Below are positions 8,876 through 17,552 of a DNA stretch of 27,722 nt, one piece after another. Source of the DNA: a virus (Duplodnaviria > Caudoviricetes); IMG/VR virus record IMGVR_UViG_3300020376_000009, positions 1 to 27,722 of that record. The stretch is one strand, 5' to 3'. Made by a program: the position numbers and the translations under genes. Each line of letters begins with the position of its first letter. Positions within the stretch are counted from its first letter, which is position 1. The notes beneath the pieces are model-generated. The model was given only the letters and a program-made list of their open reading frames with translations. It was not told where the DNA came from and made no database searches.

Positions 8876-11086
8876 TTAGATTCTCCTAGATTTCGTAGTG
8901 TAGTAGCCTGTCCACTCTGCTGATTGGAAGGCTGAAGGGTAGTGAGTGTTGTTGGTAACCTTCACTGTCAGTCGGTCATTTTTACATTGAAGTGGGAACG
9001 TAAACCCACCGGACACTTCGTTCACTTGTCCAAGTGTTTGAAGTCCTATTGGAGGACCTGAAAAGGAATAGGTATGTGACACACCTTGTGAGATTGTTTC
9101 AACATTAAAGTGACCAGTGTCCTCATAAAGAACAGAGAACTTACGCATCTGCAATCGTCCTGAAGTATCAGTCAACTGACTTCCACCAAGACCTTGTGTG
9201 CGTTTGTATTGAGTTGAGAATGTGTACGCCATTGTGTAGGGGTAACCCACATAATTTGTACCGTCTACAGTCACAAGACTCTGACCAGTTGCTTTAGTAG
9301 AACTCGCTTGAAGTGAATCCAAGTACACCATCTTTCCTGTGGATGTCACTTTAGGAGATTCCTGTAGTTGCATCTTCTCAAGCATTATTGAAGTTCCACG
9401 TTGTATAAGCCAATAGGCTGTGGACTCAATAACTGACAGGTTTAAGATACGGTCAGCACTGGGGAATTCCCATTTAGACCAAGACATCTGAAGTGCCTGA
9501 CCATCACGTCTAAGATATTTATAGACATAACAAGTTGGTGAAGTGTGTGCACCATCAGTCAACACAAATATCATGTCTTCGTTAGTGTTTGAGACTAGGG
9601 CTGTAGCCTTCCCTTTTATATAACGAGAGACATTGAGGGTCGCATCAATAGCAACATTAGACGAAGTATCTGCTTGCACGAAGAACTCACGAACACCTGC
9701 GAAACCTTCACGATTAGTGGCGAAGTAAACATACTCACCAGCACCAACGGGACTTGCTTGTAAACTTGATTCATATTCAGTCGTCTGATTTATGGACACA
9801 GTCGCTGGAGTCAATGAGTCGCCAGCATTCAACATGAACTGGGTCTGGTCAGAGAATAGCAGGAGTGTCTCGTTAAACGGAATCGCATGGCGAAGTATGG
9901 ATACTTTGGTGTGACTAACAGATACATCAATTGGGTCAGTGTCTAATATAGTAGTCACTGTCTCAGCGTAGAACTTAAAGTAAGCACCAGAGCGACTGAG
10001 GATTACGTTCTCATCTGAAATCACACCTAAGCGATTTCGGTGGAAGAACACATCATTGATTTTCTTACCGACAAAGGAAGGGTCTGGTGAAGATACATCA
10101 TCACCTACAGCGCGCCCATCCCAAGCATTATTTGTGAAGGTGAACGTGCCATTAGCATTGCTCACTAACTTCCAAGGCAGCTTAGAATTGTCTAGGGTCG
10201 TGTCTTTACCTTCTGCTACAGTTTCCTTCCAATAACCTTGAGCATCATCACCTGCTACATATTCAACGTAGTAGTTATCAGCCTCAGAATTCTGCTCTCC
10301 ATTTATCTTCATCTTCATGCCATTGAAGGCACGTCTTGGTAAATCAGAGAAGGTCTGGATGGAACCCTTTGCGCCTATCAAGGCTTGGTTACCGAAGGAG
10401 TCTTCAGTCCGTAGAGTAAAGTCATTACCATCTGTGCGTTGGATTCGGATAGCAGAGCCATCCCATGTAATCGTGTAGACAGAACCTAAGTTAGCCACTA
10501 ATTGAGTAGCCAGTTGGTTGGCAATGTTGTTGGTCTTTAACTGAGATTTAACATCGTCTGCAGTTGTGTATGAAGCTCTTTGAACATCGTCCAGATATAT
10601 CTTGTAGTCAGTAGCGTAGTTGCCCTGCTTACAGTGGACTATAGCTTCAGGCCAAGCAGGTGTTGATGTGCTGGCAATGACCGCAGTGGCCACAGATTTG
10701 TTCAGTATAAAGGTGTAGTCAGCAACTGTTACAGCCTTGAAATCGCTCATCGCGTTTCCAGTGGCTAGATAACCATATCCTGCTGGTGTAGCAACTGTCT
10801 TCTCTGCACCAGCAAAATCAAACACTCTCAAACTTGTATTATTAGCAATTACAATATAACGCTCTGTAATATCTCGGTTGATAATGTGTATGAAGTAGTT
10901 ACCATTTGCTACAGCATTGGTCAGTAAAGTTGCCAAGTATTCTGTTGGTGGTCTTTTGCGTAAACCACTTATAATTGAACTGAAAGCATTGACCTGTTCC
11001 TCTCCTTGAGAGTTAAGGCGGAGGCTTGCAGATTGTTGGGAAACTCCATTAGCGAGGTTCGGTATTGAACTGCTTACAAGTGCCAT
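8876..11086 (-). CDS. Tail tubular protein B (nozzle, T7 gp12-like)
   Basis: 736 aa with motifs SIPNLANGVSQQ, GLRKRPPT, VADYTFILN, PSFVG...FFHRNRLG and SWSKW. Confidence 0.95.
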   Translation of the reverse strand: MALVSSSIPNLANGVSQQSASLRLNSQGEEQVNAFSSIISGLRKRPPTEYLATLLTNAVANGNYFIHIINRDITERYIVIANNTSLRVFDFAGAEKTVATPAGYGYLATGNAMSDFKAVTVADYTFILNKSVATAVIASTSTPAWPEAIVHCKQGNYATDYKIYLDDVQRASYTTADDVKSQLKTNNIANQLATQLVANLGSVYTITWDGSAIRIQRTDGNDFTLRTEDSFGNQALIGAKGSIQTFSDLPRRAFNGMKMKINGEQNSEADNYYVEYVAGDDAQGYWKETVAEGKDTTLDNSKLPWKLVSNANGTFTFTNNAWDGRAVGDDVSSPDPSFVGKKINDVFFHRNRLGVISDENVILSRSGAYFKFYAETVTTILDTDPIDVSVSHTKVSILRHAIPFNETLLLFSDQTQFMLNAGDSLTPATVSINQTTEYESSLQASPVGAGEYVYFATNREGFAGVREFFVQADTSSNVAIDATLNVSRYIKGKATALVSNTNEDMIFVLTDGAHTSPTCYVYKYLRRDGQALQMSWSKWEFPSADRILNLSVIESTAYWLIQRGTSIMLEKMQLQESPKVTSTGKMVYLDSLQASSTKATGQSLVTVDGTNYVGYPYTMAYTFSTQYKRTQGLGGSQLTDTSGRLQMRKFSVLYEDTGHFNVETISQGVSHTYSFSGPPIGLQTLGQVNEVSGGFTFPLQCKNDRLTVKVTNNTHYPSAFQSAEWTGYYTTKSRRI

Positions 11087-11089
11087 AGA

Positions 11090-11668
11090 TTACCTCGTTA
11101 ATATTCGGGAAACGTCAGTGTTGCCTGTCAGTATATTGAAGTCAGAGTTCTCAGATTCCATAAGACGGAGTGTCGTGAGTGCTTGATATTCATCTTCACG
11201 ATGCATTGAATGTAAAGTTTCAGAGCCTAATACTCTGTCTTGGAATACACGCGCTGCTCGTAGAGCAATGTAATGACGTGCTGCCTCTGTTGTTTCATTA
11301 AAGGCTAGCAATAGAATGAGGCTACATTTCAGTGTTTTTGTGAAAGTGTAGGTGTGAGCTTTACGGTCATATGCACGTAAGCCTCGTTGTACTAAGTCAA
11401 TATCATGGTGTGTTGAAGACGTGTCCACTGACAACGTGTTAACAGGTAATGATAAGTTATTGTTTAGGTCAGGGACCAATGGGTAATCATGTTCAGTATT
11501 GAAAAGCCACCCTTGTGTTTGTACTTCACGGCTTACATCTCTCAAAATAGAGACAGCAGTGAGTGCATCCACAGAAGTCATATTGACCAATGTATTTACA
11601 GGTGCTTCACCAATCGTATTCAACATGGTGTTGACTGCTTCTAGTTCAGTCGTGAGATTTAATGACAT
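11090..11668 (-). CDS. Tail tubular protein A (T7 gp11-like)
   Basis: Motifs TELEAVNTMLNTIGEAPVNTL, VQTQGWLFNTE and YIALRAARVFQ. Confidence 0.95.
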   Translation of the reverse strand: MSLNLTTELEAVNTMLNTIGEAPVNTLVNMTSVDALTAVSILRDVSREVQTQGWLFNTEHDYPLVPDLNNNLSLPVNTLSVDTSSTHHDIDLVQRGLRAYDRKAHTYTFTKTLKCSLILLLAFNETTEAARHYIALRAARVFQDRVLGSETLHSMHREDEYQALTTLRLMESENSDFNILTGNTDVSRILTR

Positions 11669-11687
11669 ACCGTGTCCTTTAAAAAGT

Positions 11688-11714
11688 AAAAAAAAGGGAA
11701 CCGAAGTTCCCTTT
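11688..11714 (-). terminator. T-phi-like intrinsic terminator after the major capsid gene
   Basis: Minus strand reads AAAGGGAAC-TTCG-GTTCCC-TTTTTTTT: a perfect stem, a cUUCGg tetraloop and a U8 tract, at the same position as T7 T-phi. Confidence 0.92.
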
Positions 11715-11735
11715 GTGACTACCTAAAGGCAGTTC

Positions 11736-12671
11736 CTAGTTAATCTTAATTTCAATTGCAGATTCTGGACGTAGAATACCGCTGCCCATTGCATACTTAG
11801 CAACGAACAAAGTGCCTTGACGGCGAATGTCATACTCAGACTCAAGTGCAAGGTCCATCAACTTAACAGTACCAATAGCAGAAGAGTGGAATACCACAGC
11901 CTTAGTCTTAGAGAAGTCACCGTGGTAAGTGTTGTTCTCACCTGTAACAGCAGATTGGTTTCCAGTTGGAATGTGGTTAGACATTACAATCGCAATACCT
12001 GCTACACGGATTACCTTGGCATCAGCATAGACACCAGCACCACCCCAATCTTTGTTCATTATTGTAGTGTCTTGTGCTAGCTTGTAGTACATGGCTGGAG
12101 ATACAACAGCAACACGGCCATCAGATGGAATGTCTTTAGCATCCATCGCTTCAGCAGCTTCAAACAAAGCGGTGATGATTAATGCTGCAGTGCTATAGTT
12201 AGCCTTAGAAATCTGTAGGCCAGCTTTGCCAGAACTTGTGATAGTCTCAGCACCACGGGCAGCTTGTACTACCATGCGTAGAGCATTCTTATCAAAGGTG
12301 TTGGCCAATGCATTACCTAACTCAGAAGTATATGTGGCGCGAACATCGTAGTGATTTTTCGCCTCCTCAATATTGCTTATGAAGGCAGGTGCTACAAGGA
12401 GTTCATCGACAGTGATGATTTTCTCAGCGTGTTTAACTTCACCACCAAGAATCTCAGCACCAACCACATGGTAAGCTGCAGATGCAGTGCCCATGACAGG
12501 GAAAGAAGCTGACTTGCCGTTAGTGATAGTACGGGTCTGGTGTAAACCCATCATAATGTTCTTTTCTTCGAACTGAGTGATGACTTCACCAGCGAATAAT
12601 TTTAGGAACAGTGCGCTCGTTGAGCCTGAGCCATTGACTTGTCCTAAATTTGATACAGTTGCGTTACTCAT
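11736..12671 (-). CDS. Major capsid protein (T7 gp10-like)
   Basis: Motifs ALFLKLFAGEV, RTITNGKSASFPVMG, HYDVRATYTSELGNALA and KYAMGSGILRPE. Confidence 0.97.
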   Translation of the reverse strand: MSNATVSNLGQVNGSGSTSALFLKLFAGEVITQFEEKNIMMGLHQTRTITNGKSASFPVMGTASAAYHVVGAEILGGEVKHAEKIITVDELLVAPAFISNIEEAKNHYDVRATYTSELGNALANTFDKNALRMVVQAARGAETITSSGKAGLQISKANYSTAALIITALFEAAEAMDAKDIPSDGRVAVVSPAMYYKLAQDTTIMNKDWGGAGVYADAKVIRVAGIAIVMSNHIPTGNQSAVTGENNTYHGDFSKTKAVVFHSSAIGTVKLMDLALESEYDIRRQGTLFVAKYAMGSGILRPESAIEIKIN

Positions 12672-12847
12672 TTAAATATTTCCTAATAAAGAGGATTGAA
12701 GTTTCAAGTTGTTTTGTTCCTTGAGGCTTCAGCACTCAATAACCTCCCACAGCGTTGTCCCCCTCAAGGGCGCAGTTTCTTTGTCATTAATAGCTTTGGG
12801 CTTTTGGAATAGGTTGCCCCCCTGTTAGTTGAGGGGGCTTTGTTGTG
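12672..12847 (-). promoter_or_regulatory. Structured 176-nt leader between scaffold and capsid genes
   Basis: Contains a hairpin at 12816-12838, a GCG-CCC-TTGA-GGG-GGACAA-CGC stem at 12752-12773, long-range complementary blocks, and an AGGA Shine-Dalgarno before the ATG. Confidence 0.55.
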
Positions 12848-13636
12848 TTACAGAATTGATGAATTTGAAAGCCTGTTCTGTACGCTATTGCGGAATGCTG
12901 AGTCCTTCGCATAACGAGGGTCCCTCATTGCTTCCGTCAACTGAGCTACACTTTCAAATCGGCCACCTGCATTTGCAGCAGTAGTGTCGCCACTAATTAA
13001 CTTAGGGTCACTACCGTTGGCCGCTTGATAACGTGCTTTCAAACCATGTACAGTCATCTGAATCTGGTCAGTGTCTCCACTGTTCATGGTCTTGTTGTAT
13101 GAATCTACTTCACCAGCCGTTAGGTTCGTACTTGCCCATCCCATCATGGTTCCGTAAGCTTCTTCACCACCAACACTATCGAACATAGTTGCTCGTAATG
13201 ATGTGGCTAGTTGCTCTTGGCCAGCGATGTATGAGTCCACGACTTCACGGGGAATTCCTGACTTAGCCAGTGAATCATAGGTGTCATCAGTTAGACCCTG
13301 ATTTGCTTGGTACTCCGTCTGGAGTGAATCAAAGTCTAAACCTGCGTTCTCAACTGCTTCTTCTGCAGAATCGGTTGGAATCTCTGTCTCAGGGGTTGCA
13401 GGGGTATCTGCACTCTCTCCGCTGGACATCTTCTTTTCCAATGCTGCATAGGACTTAGCTAAGTCTTCAGGTGTTTTGAACTTTTCAGGTAACCACTCAG
13501 GCCTATCATCCGCTGGGGTTTCAAGGTTCTCCTGTACAGGTTCAGTTGTTGCGCCTTCCGCCTTAGCCACCATTGCATCAATATGCTCTTGTGAATCAGG
13601 TTGTGGTTCTTGCTTAATTGTTACTGTTTCTACCAT
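12848..13636 (-). CDS. Capsid assembly scaffolding protein (T7 gp9-like)
   Basis: Acidic protein with RPEWLPEKF, VGGEEAYGTMMGWA and AMRDPRY, between portal and capsid. Confidence 0.93.
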   Translation of the reverse strand: MVETVTIKQEPQPDSQEHIDAMVAKAEGATTEPVQENLETPADDRPEWLPEKFKTPEDLAKSYAALEKKMSSGESADTPATPETEIPTDSAEEAVENAGLDFDSLQTEYQANQGLTDDTYDSLAKSGIPREVVDSYIAGQEQLATSLRATMFDSVGGEEAYGTMMGWASTNLTAGEVDSYNKTMNSGDTDQIQMTVHGLKARYQAANGSDPKLISGDTTAANAGGRFESVAQLTEAMRDPRYAKDSAFRNSVQNRLSNSSIL

Positions 13637-15183
13637 TATTGTTCTTCATTTCCTTGGGGTTGTTGTTGAGCCATCATTTGTTCTTTAACAGCATCAAATG
13701 CTTGGGGAGCTAATTGCTGCCCTGTTTGTTGCATCTGAGCTTGCTGCATTTCTTGGTTCATCTCTTCTTCTGTCTTAATCAAACCCTTCATATCAATACC
13801 TAATGAAGTTCCCACACGGGAGATATAGTCTCCAATATTCATGTGCTTCATAAGTGTCTCTGGGCCTAACTGACTGAGTTGCTCCAACATGGCTGCTAGT
13901 TTATTTAAGTCATGCCCACGGCCTAGTGCTTCAAGGCCAGTGGTTATTGTTGGTTGGACGATACCTTTGGGAAGAGCAGGCACTTTGCGTTGCTTCTGCA
14001 TCTGTAAAAGTAATCGGTTCACTAAAGGAAGCTGGAATTCCTGAGACAGGATTGAGTAGATACCACCAAGGGCATCTTCTAATTCACCTGCCATGTAACG
14101 AATTTCTTCAGCGGTCACACGTTCAGCATTGCGCTGTACTGATGAGTTCATTAAGAAGGCGTAAGCTAAACGCTCTTTGATTTCCTGTGCAGTTTGGAAT
14201 GCAATTTGGAAGTCGCCTTGCTTCTGAACTTGTAGCGTACTTACATCAGCAGCATCACCCTCACGGATTGCTCCATTAGGTGCTTCAGCTAATACACGCG
14301 CACGGGTTGTGCCATTTGGTCGGACTAGGAATAAGACTTTAGCTGAGGCTGCAGAGCCTTCAACAATTGCTTGTGTCAAAGTCTCAAGTGACTTCAAGTC
14401 ACCTAGATATTCTTCAACATAACCGCGTCCCCAAGATTCCCCGTCAATGCGAGAGAGTCGTAAAGGAATCCAAGGGGTCTTTTCTAAGGGGTATGTGCCT
14501 TCAGAATTTGGCACTTCTTTCCCTTTAAGCTCTTGGCTCACTTTCCAATTCTTTCCATCACGGATGACACGGGTGTAAAGCTGTACTGATTCATGGCCAT
14601 AACCATCATCTTTGTCAGGGTCCATGTCACACAGCATCTGCAATTCAGGCGTGAGTGTTTCTGGTGAGATGTCTTCTTTAGTAATCATCTCTAACGCATT
14701 ACCCATAGGGTCACGTTTGATGACATACCTGTCCATGTGGAACACACGCATACCACCTTGCTCAGGTAGATATAGCAATACGTTACCAGCCACTAACAGA
14801 TGTTTTAAAGCTTCAAAGGTTGCAATGCGTACAGAGCTTGATTCAATCTCCGACATCACTGCACGTTCAATTGATGACAGTGCTTCTTCCACCTCTGCCC
14901 TAGCACCCTCTTGTTGGGTGAGTTCCTGTAACTTAAAATCATCCACTGTGAGGCGGAAGAATGGTGAGTTAGGTGGGACCAATGCTAGTAGTAATTTAGA
15001 TGCGAGGTTATTTACACCACGCGCACCAATGCCTTGAAAAGGCGTATCAAATGTACTGCTAGAACTGTGTCCCGCATCAGGAACTAGAGTCGGTAGAGTT
15101 AGCTTACTGCATTCTCTCGCTCTCGTAAGGAAGGGTGTACGCTCTGTCTCCAACTTTTCATATCGCTGGTGAATAGAGGTCAT
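13636..15183 (-). CDS. Portal / head-tail connector protein (T7 gp8-like)
   Basis: Motifs QGIGARGVNNLASKL, GESWGRGYVEEYLGDL, ERVTAEEIR and TGLEALGRG. Confidence 0.97.
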   Translation of the reverse strand: MTSIHQRYEKLETERTPFLTRARECSKLTLPTLVPDAGHSSSSTFDTPFQGIGARGVNNLASKLLLALVPPNSPFFRLTVDDFKLQELTQQEGARAEVEEALSSIERAVMSEIESSSVRIATFEALKHLLVAGNVLLYLPEQGGMRVFHMDRYVIKRDPMGNALEMITKEDISPETLTPELQMLCDMDPDKDDGYGHESVQLYTRVIRDGKNWKVSQELKGKEVPNSEGTYPLEKTPWIPLRLSRIDGESWGRGYVEEYLGDLKSLETLTQAIVEGSAASAKVLFLVRPNGTTRARVLAEAPNGAIREGDAADVSTLQVQKQGDFQIAFQTAQEIKERLAYAFLMNSSVQRNAERVTAEEIRYMAGELEDALGGIYSILSQEFQLPLVNRLLLQMQKQRKVPALPKGIVQPTITTGLEALGRGHDLNKLAAMLEQLSQLGPETLMKHMNIGDYISRVGTSLGIDMKGLIKTEEEMNQEMQQAQMQQTGQQLAPQAFDAVKEQMMAQQQPQGNEEQ

Positions 15184-15189
15184 AGTGTC

Positions 15190-15399
15190 CTACCCTTTTT
15201 TAGGGATGTTAGTACCAGCATTGTAAGTACCACCAACATTACGGGCAATCCGTAGTGAGCTAGTGCCTTTCTTTGCGGCCTTGGTTTGTGTTCGCTTGTT
15301 GTCTACATTTCCAGCAGCACCAATGCGAGGTGCAGCAGGTGCTAGGTCAGCGGGTGGTGGGGGTGCTGGGGTTGGCTTAGGGCTAGAACCAAAACACAT
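15190..15399 (-). CDS. Small virion protein, T7 gp6.7-like
   Basis: MCFGSSPK start (T7 gp6.7 starts MCFSPK), Pro-rich, with KKGTSSLRI. Immediately upstream of the portal. Confidence 0.7.
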   Translation of the reverse strand: MCFGSSPKPTPAPPPPADLAPAAPRIGAAGNVDNKRTQTKAAKKGTSSLRIARNVGGTYNAGTNIPKKG

Positions 15400-15402
15400 A
15401 TA

Positions 15403-15594
15403 TTAATGCTCCATTTGTTCAGTTTCATTCTGGGCTTCATATTGCATCCTTAATAAACGGACAACATGGACAGCACCAACATGGTGGAATATTTCACGTT
15501 CACTATCTTCAAGACGTGGAACGCAATCGGTAATTATTTTCTCTAGATGCTCAACGAGTTCTAAAGGAATAAAGGGGAAATCAGGGGTACTCAT
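15403..15594 (-). CDS. Hypothetical protein in the gp6.5 position
   Basis: 63 aa, first gene after the candidate late promoter. DFPFIP...SEREIF only loosely resembles T7 gp6.5. Confidence 0.55.
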   Translation of the reverse strand: MSTPDFPFIPLELVEHLEKIITDCVPRLEDSEREIFHHVGAVHVVRLLRMQYEAQNETEQMEH

Positions 15595-15602
15595 AGTTTA
15601 TA

Positions 15603-15623
15603 ACCCTTATGGGGCAACCTTTG
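15603..15623 (-). promoter_or_regulatory. Candidate phage RNAP promoter, late copy
   Basis: Minus strand reads CAAAGGTTGCCCCATAAGGGT, an 18/21 match to the copy at 24805-24838. It overlaps the phoH stop and lies just before the virion module. Confidence 0.7.
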
Positions 15624-16329
15624 ATTGATTTGATTGACTTTTATCGAATGCCTTAATCCACATCTTACATTCAGCACTACGAACAACATCCTCAATACCA
15701 AATTCAATAATAGGTACAGGAAGGTTAAAGCGTTGTGCGAGGTCAATGATTGTGGACAGGCCGCTAGTGCTACGGATGTCAGATTGTTTTATGTCACCAT
15801 TGATTACGATGCGACAGTTCTCACCAATTCTGGTGGTGAACATCTTCATCTCTTCTGGTGTTGTGTTCTGGGCTTCATCCATGATTACAAATGCATCACT
15901 AAAGGATGACCCACGCATGGTTTCAAACGGAGCAACAACAATTGCACCACGCCTGATAGCGTTCTCATACGCCCCACCCATGCAGTTCTTAAGCACTTCT
16001 ACCACAGGCGTAGTCCAAGGAGCCATCTTCTCTTCTATAGTGCCAGGAAAACTTCCTAAACTTCTTGACGAAGGGACATTTGGTCGAGTGAGAATTATCT
16101 TATTGATGGTTCCCTGCATATAAAGATGCGCTGCCATTGTGCTGGCTATGTAAGTCTTACCTGTTCCAGCACAGCCCAAGCTTATGGTCTGAGTGAAGTT
16201 GTTAATAGCTTCAATGTACCTTGCTTGCATTTTATTCTTCGGCTGGAGTGCTTTGCGAGGAGAACGCTCTTCTTCAAACTTTCCTTTAATCACACGACTA
16301 GGTTTTTGCTTACGTATTTGTCGAGACAT
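15607..16329 (-). CDS. phoH: PhoH-family ATPase
   Basis: Walker A GCAGTGKT, plus KIILTRP, PGTIEEKMAPW, MRGSSF, DEAQN, TRIG and GDIKQSD. Start placed at ATG 16329, just after the nrdB stop; the track uses 16344. Confidence 0.93.
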   Translation of the reverse strand: MSRQIRKQKPSRVIKGKFEEERSPRKALQPKNKMQARYIEAINNFTQTISLGCAGTGKTYIASTMAAHLYMQGTINKIILTRPNVPSSRSLGSFPGTIEEKMAPWTTPVVEVLKNCMGGAYENAIRRGAIVVAPFETMRGSSFSDAFVIMDEAQNTTPEEMKMFTTRIGENCRIVINGDIKQSDIRSTSGLSTIIDLAQRFNLPVPIIEFGIEDVVRSAECKMWIKAFDKSQSNQSKVAP

Positions 16330-16331
16330 GT

Positions 16332-17285
16332 TTACCATCCCCATGAGTCACCAGACATACCGTCTGCTGAGTAGTCCGTTACGCGACCTTCAAAGAAGTT
16401 CTTGAAGCTGTCACCATTTAATACCCAATCTAGCCAAGGTAGTGGGTTCTCTTTTATATCCCAGTTGGGTTTCAATCCGAGATTCACGAGTCTCCTATCC
16501 GCTATAAACCGGATGTAATCTTTGACTTCACTTGGCGTGATACCTTCCACACCTCCCAACTCAAACGCCAAATCAATAACCTTATCTTCAAGCGCAACAG
16601 CAGTGCGGTACATCTCGTATATAGAGAGCTTGAATTCATCTGTTACGACCTCTGGGTTTTCATTAATATAGGTACGGAATAGTTCAGTCATTCCAGCAAC
16701 GTGAATAGTTTCATCACGGATTGACCACTCAACTATCTCGCACATGCCTTTGAGCTTTCCGGTTCGTTGGAAGTTTAAGAGCATCACGAATGCAGAGAAC
16801 AAACTCATGCCCTCATTACAAACAGTTTGGGCTAGAGCTTTAGCCAGCCCTTGCTTAGTGTCAGGGTCAAAGGTTTGCATGAATTCAATTTTCTCAGCCA
16901 TAGCATCGTACTCAAGGAACGCTGTGTACTCAGACTCTGGGAATCCAAGGGTGTCATTGAGCAAAGCATAAGAGCGCATGTGGATTGTCTCTCGCTGGGC
17001 GAATGACAACATCATCATCCTTGCCTCATTATTCTTAATGCGAGGAAGGAACACATCCACATAGCTACCCCCGACTATCACATCTGACTGTGTGAATAGA
17101 CGGAGGATTTGGGTGATGAAGTTTTTCTCAGGTGCAGAAATCTTTCCAGACTTCCACTGAGCAACATCTTCTTGTAAGTCACATTCCCATTCACCCCAGT
17201 GTAGCTTGTCATGCTCAATTGCTTGGTTAACAAAGCTGGAATAGGAGAAGGGTTTGTATGCGAGTGACGGGGTTAATAGACTCAT
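16332..17285 (-). CDS. nrdB: Ribonucleotide reductase class Ia beta subunit
   Basis: Di-metal ligands are present in FTQSD, ETIH, EGMSLF and DETIH. The radical Tyr lies in ETIHMRSY. C-terminal NFFEGRVTDY. Confidence 0.96.
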   Translation of the reverse strand: MSLLTPSLAYKPFSYSSFVNQAIEHDKLHWGEWECDLQEDVAQWKSGKISAPEKNFITQILRLFTQSDVIVGGSYVDVFLPRIKNNEARMMMLSFAQRETIHMRSYALLNDTLGFPESEYTAFLEYDAMAEKIEFMQTFDPDTKQGLAKALAQTVCNEGMSLFSAFVMLLNFQRTGKLKGMCEIVEWSIRDETIHVAGMTELFRTYINENPEVVTDEFKLSIYEMYRTAVALEDKVIDLAFELGGVEGITPSEVKDYIRFIADRRLVNLGLKPNWDIKENPLPWLDWVLNGDSFKNFFEGRVTDYSADGMSGDSWGW

Positions 17286-17548
17286 GCAGCATTCCTAAGT
17301 TGAAAGAATCCTTCATGCTCTGGAGACTCATCCATAAACTTTTTAGCGTAATGAGGACTCCACCCATTAGGAATTTTATAATCCCCTCCAGAGTCCAATA
17401 ATGTTTCCCATCTTAAAGCGTGGAATATAGCCCTTGCACTCCATCTATTACGGACTGCTAATGCTTTCAATGCATACCTTCTAAACCCTTCATAAATCTC
17501 AGGATGCTCGGCATCAAACACCAAGAAGCTTTCGTGGTTAAATTTCAT
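17282..17548 (-). CDS. Hypothetical phage protein between nrdA and nrdB
   Basis: 88 aa from ATG 17548, preceded by an AAGGA Shine-Dalgarno. Motifs HPEIYEGF, AIFHALRWET, YAKKFM and HEGFFQLR. ATGA overlap with nrdB. Confidence 0.75.
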   Translation of the reverse strand: MKFNHESFLVFDAEHPEIYEGFRRYALKALAVRNRWSARAIFHALRWETLLDSGGDYKIPNGWSPHYAKKFMDESPEHEGFFQLRNAA

Positions 17549-17552
17549 TCTG

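Noticed and set aside
11715-11760. T7 10A/10B-type capsid frameshift extension
   Set aside because: No slippery sequence is evident near the stop, and the terminator follows within about 20 nt.
12811-12820. AGGTTGCCCC on the plus strand, resembling an antisense promoter copy
   Set aside because: Only 10 bp match, the CAAA start and the AT initiation region are missing, and the C-run is explained by the hairpin arm. An antisense promoter is not excluded but is unsupported.
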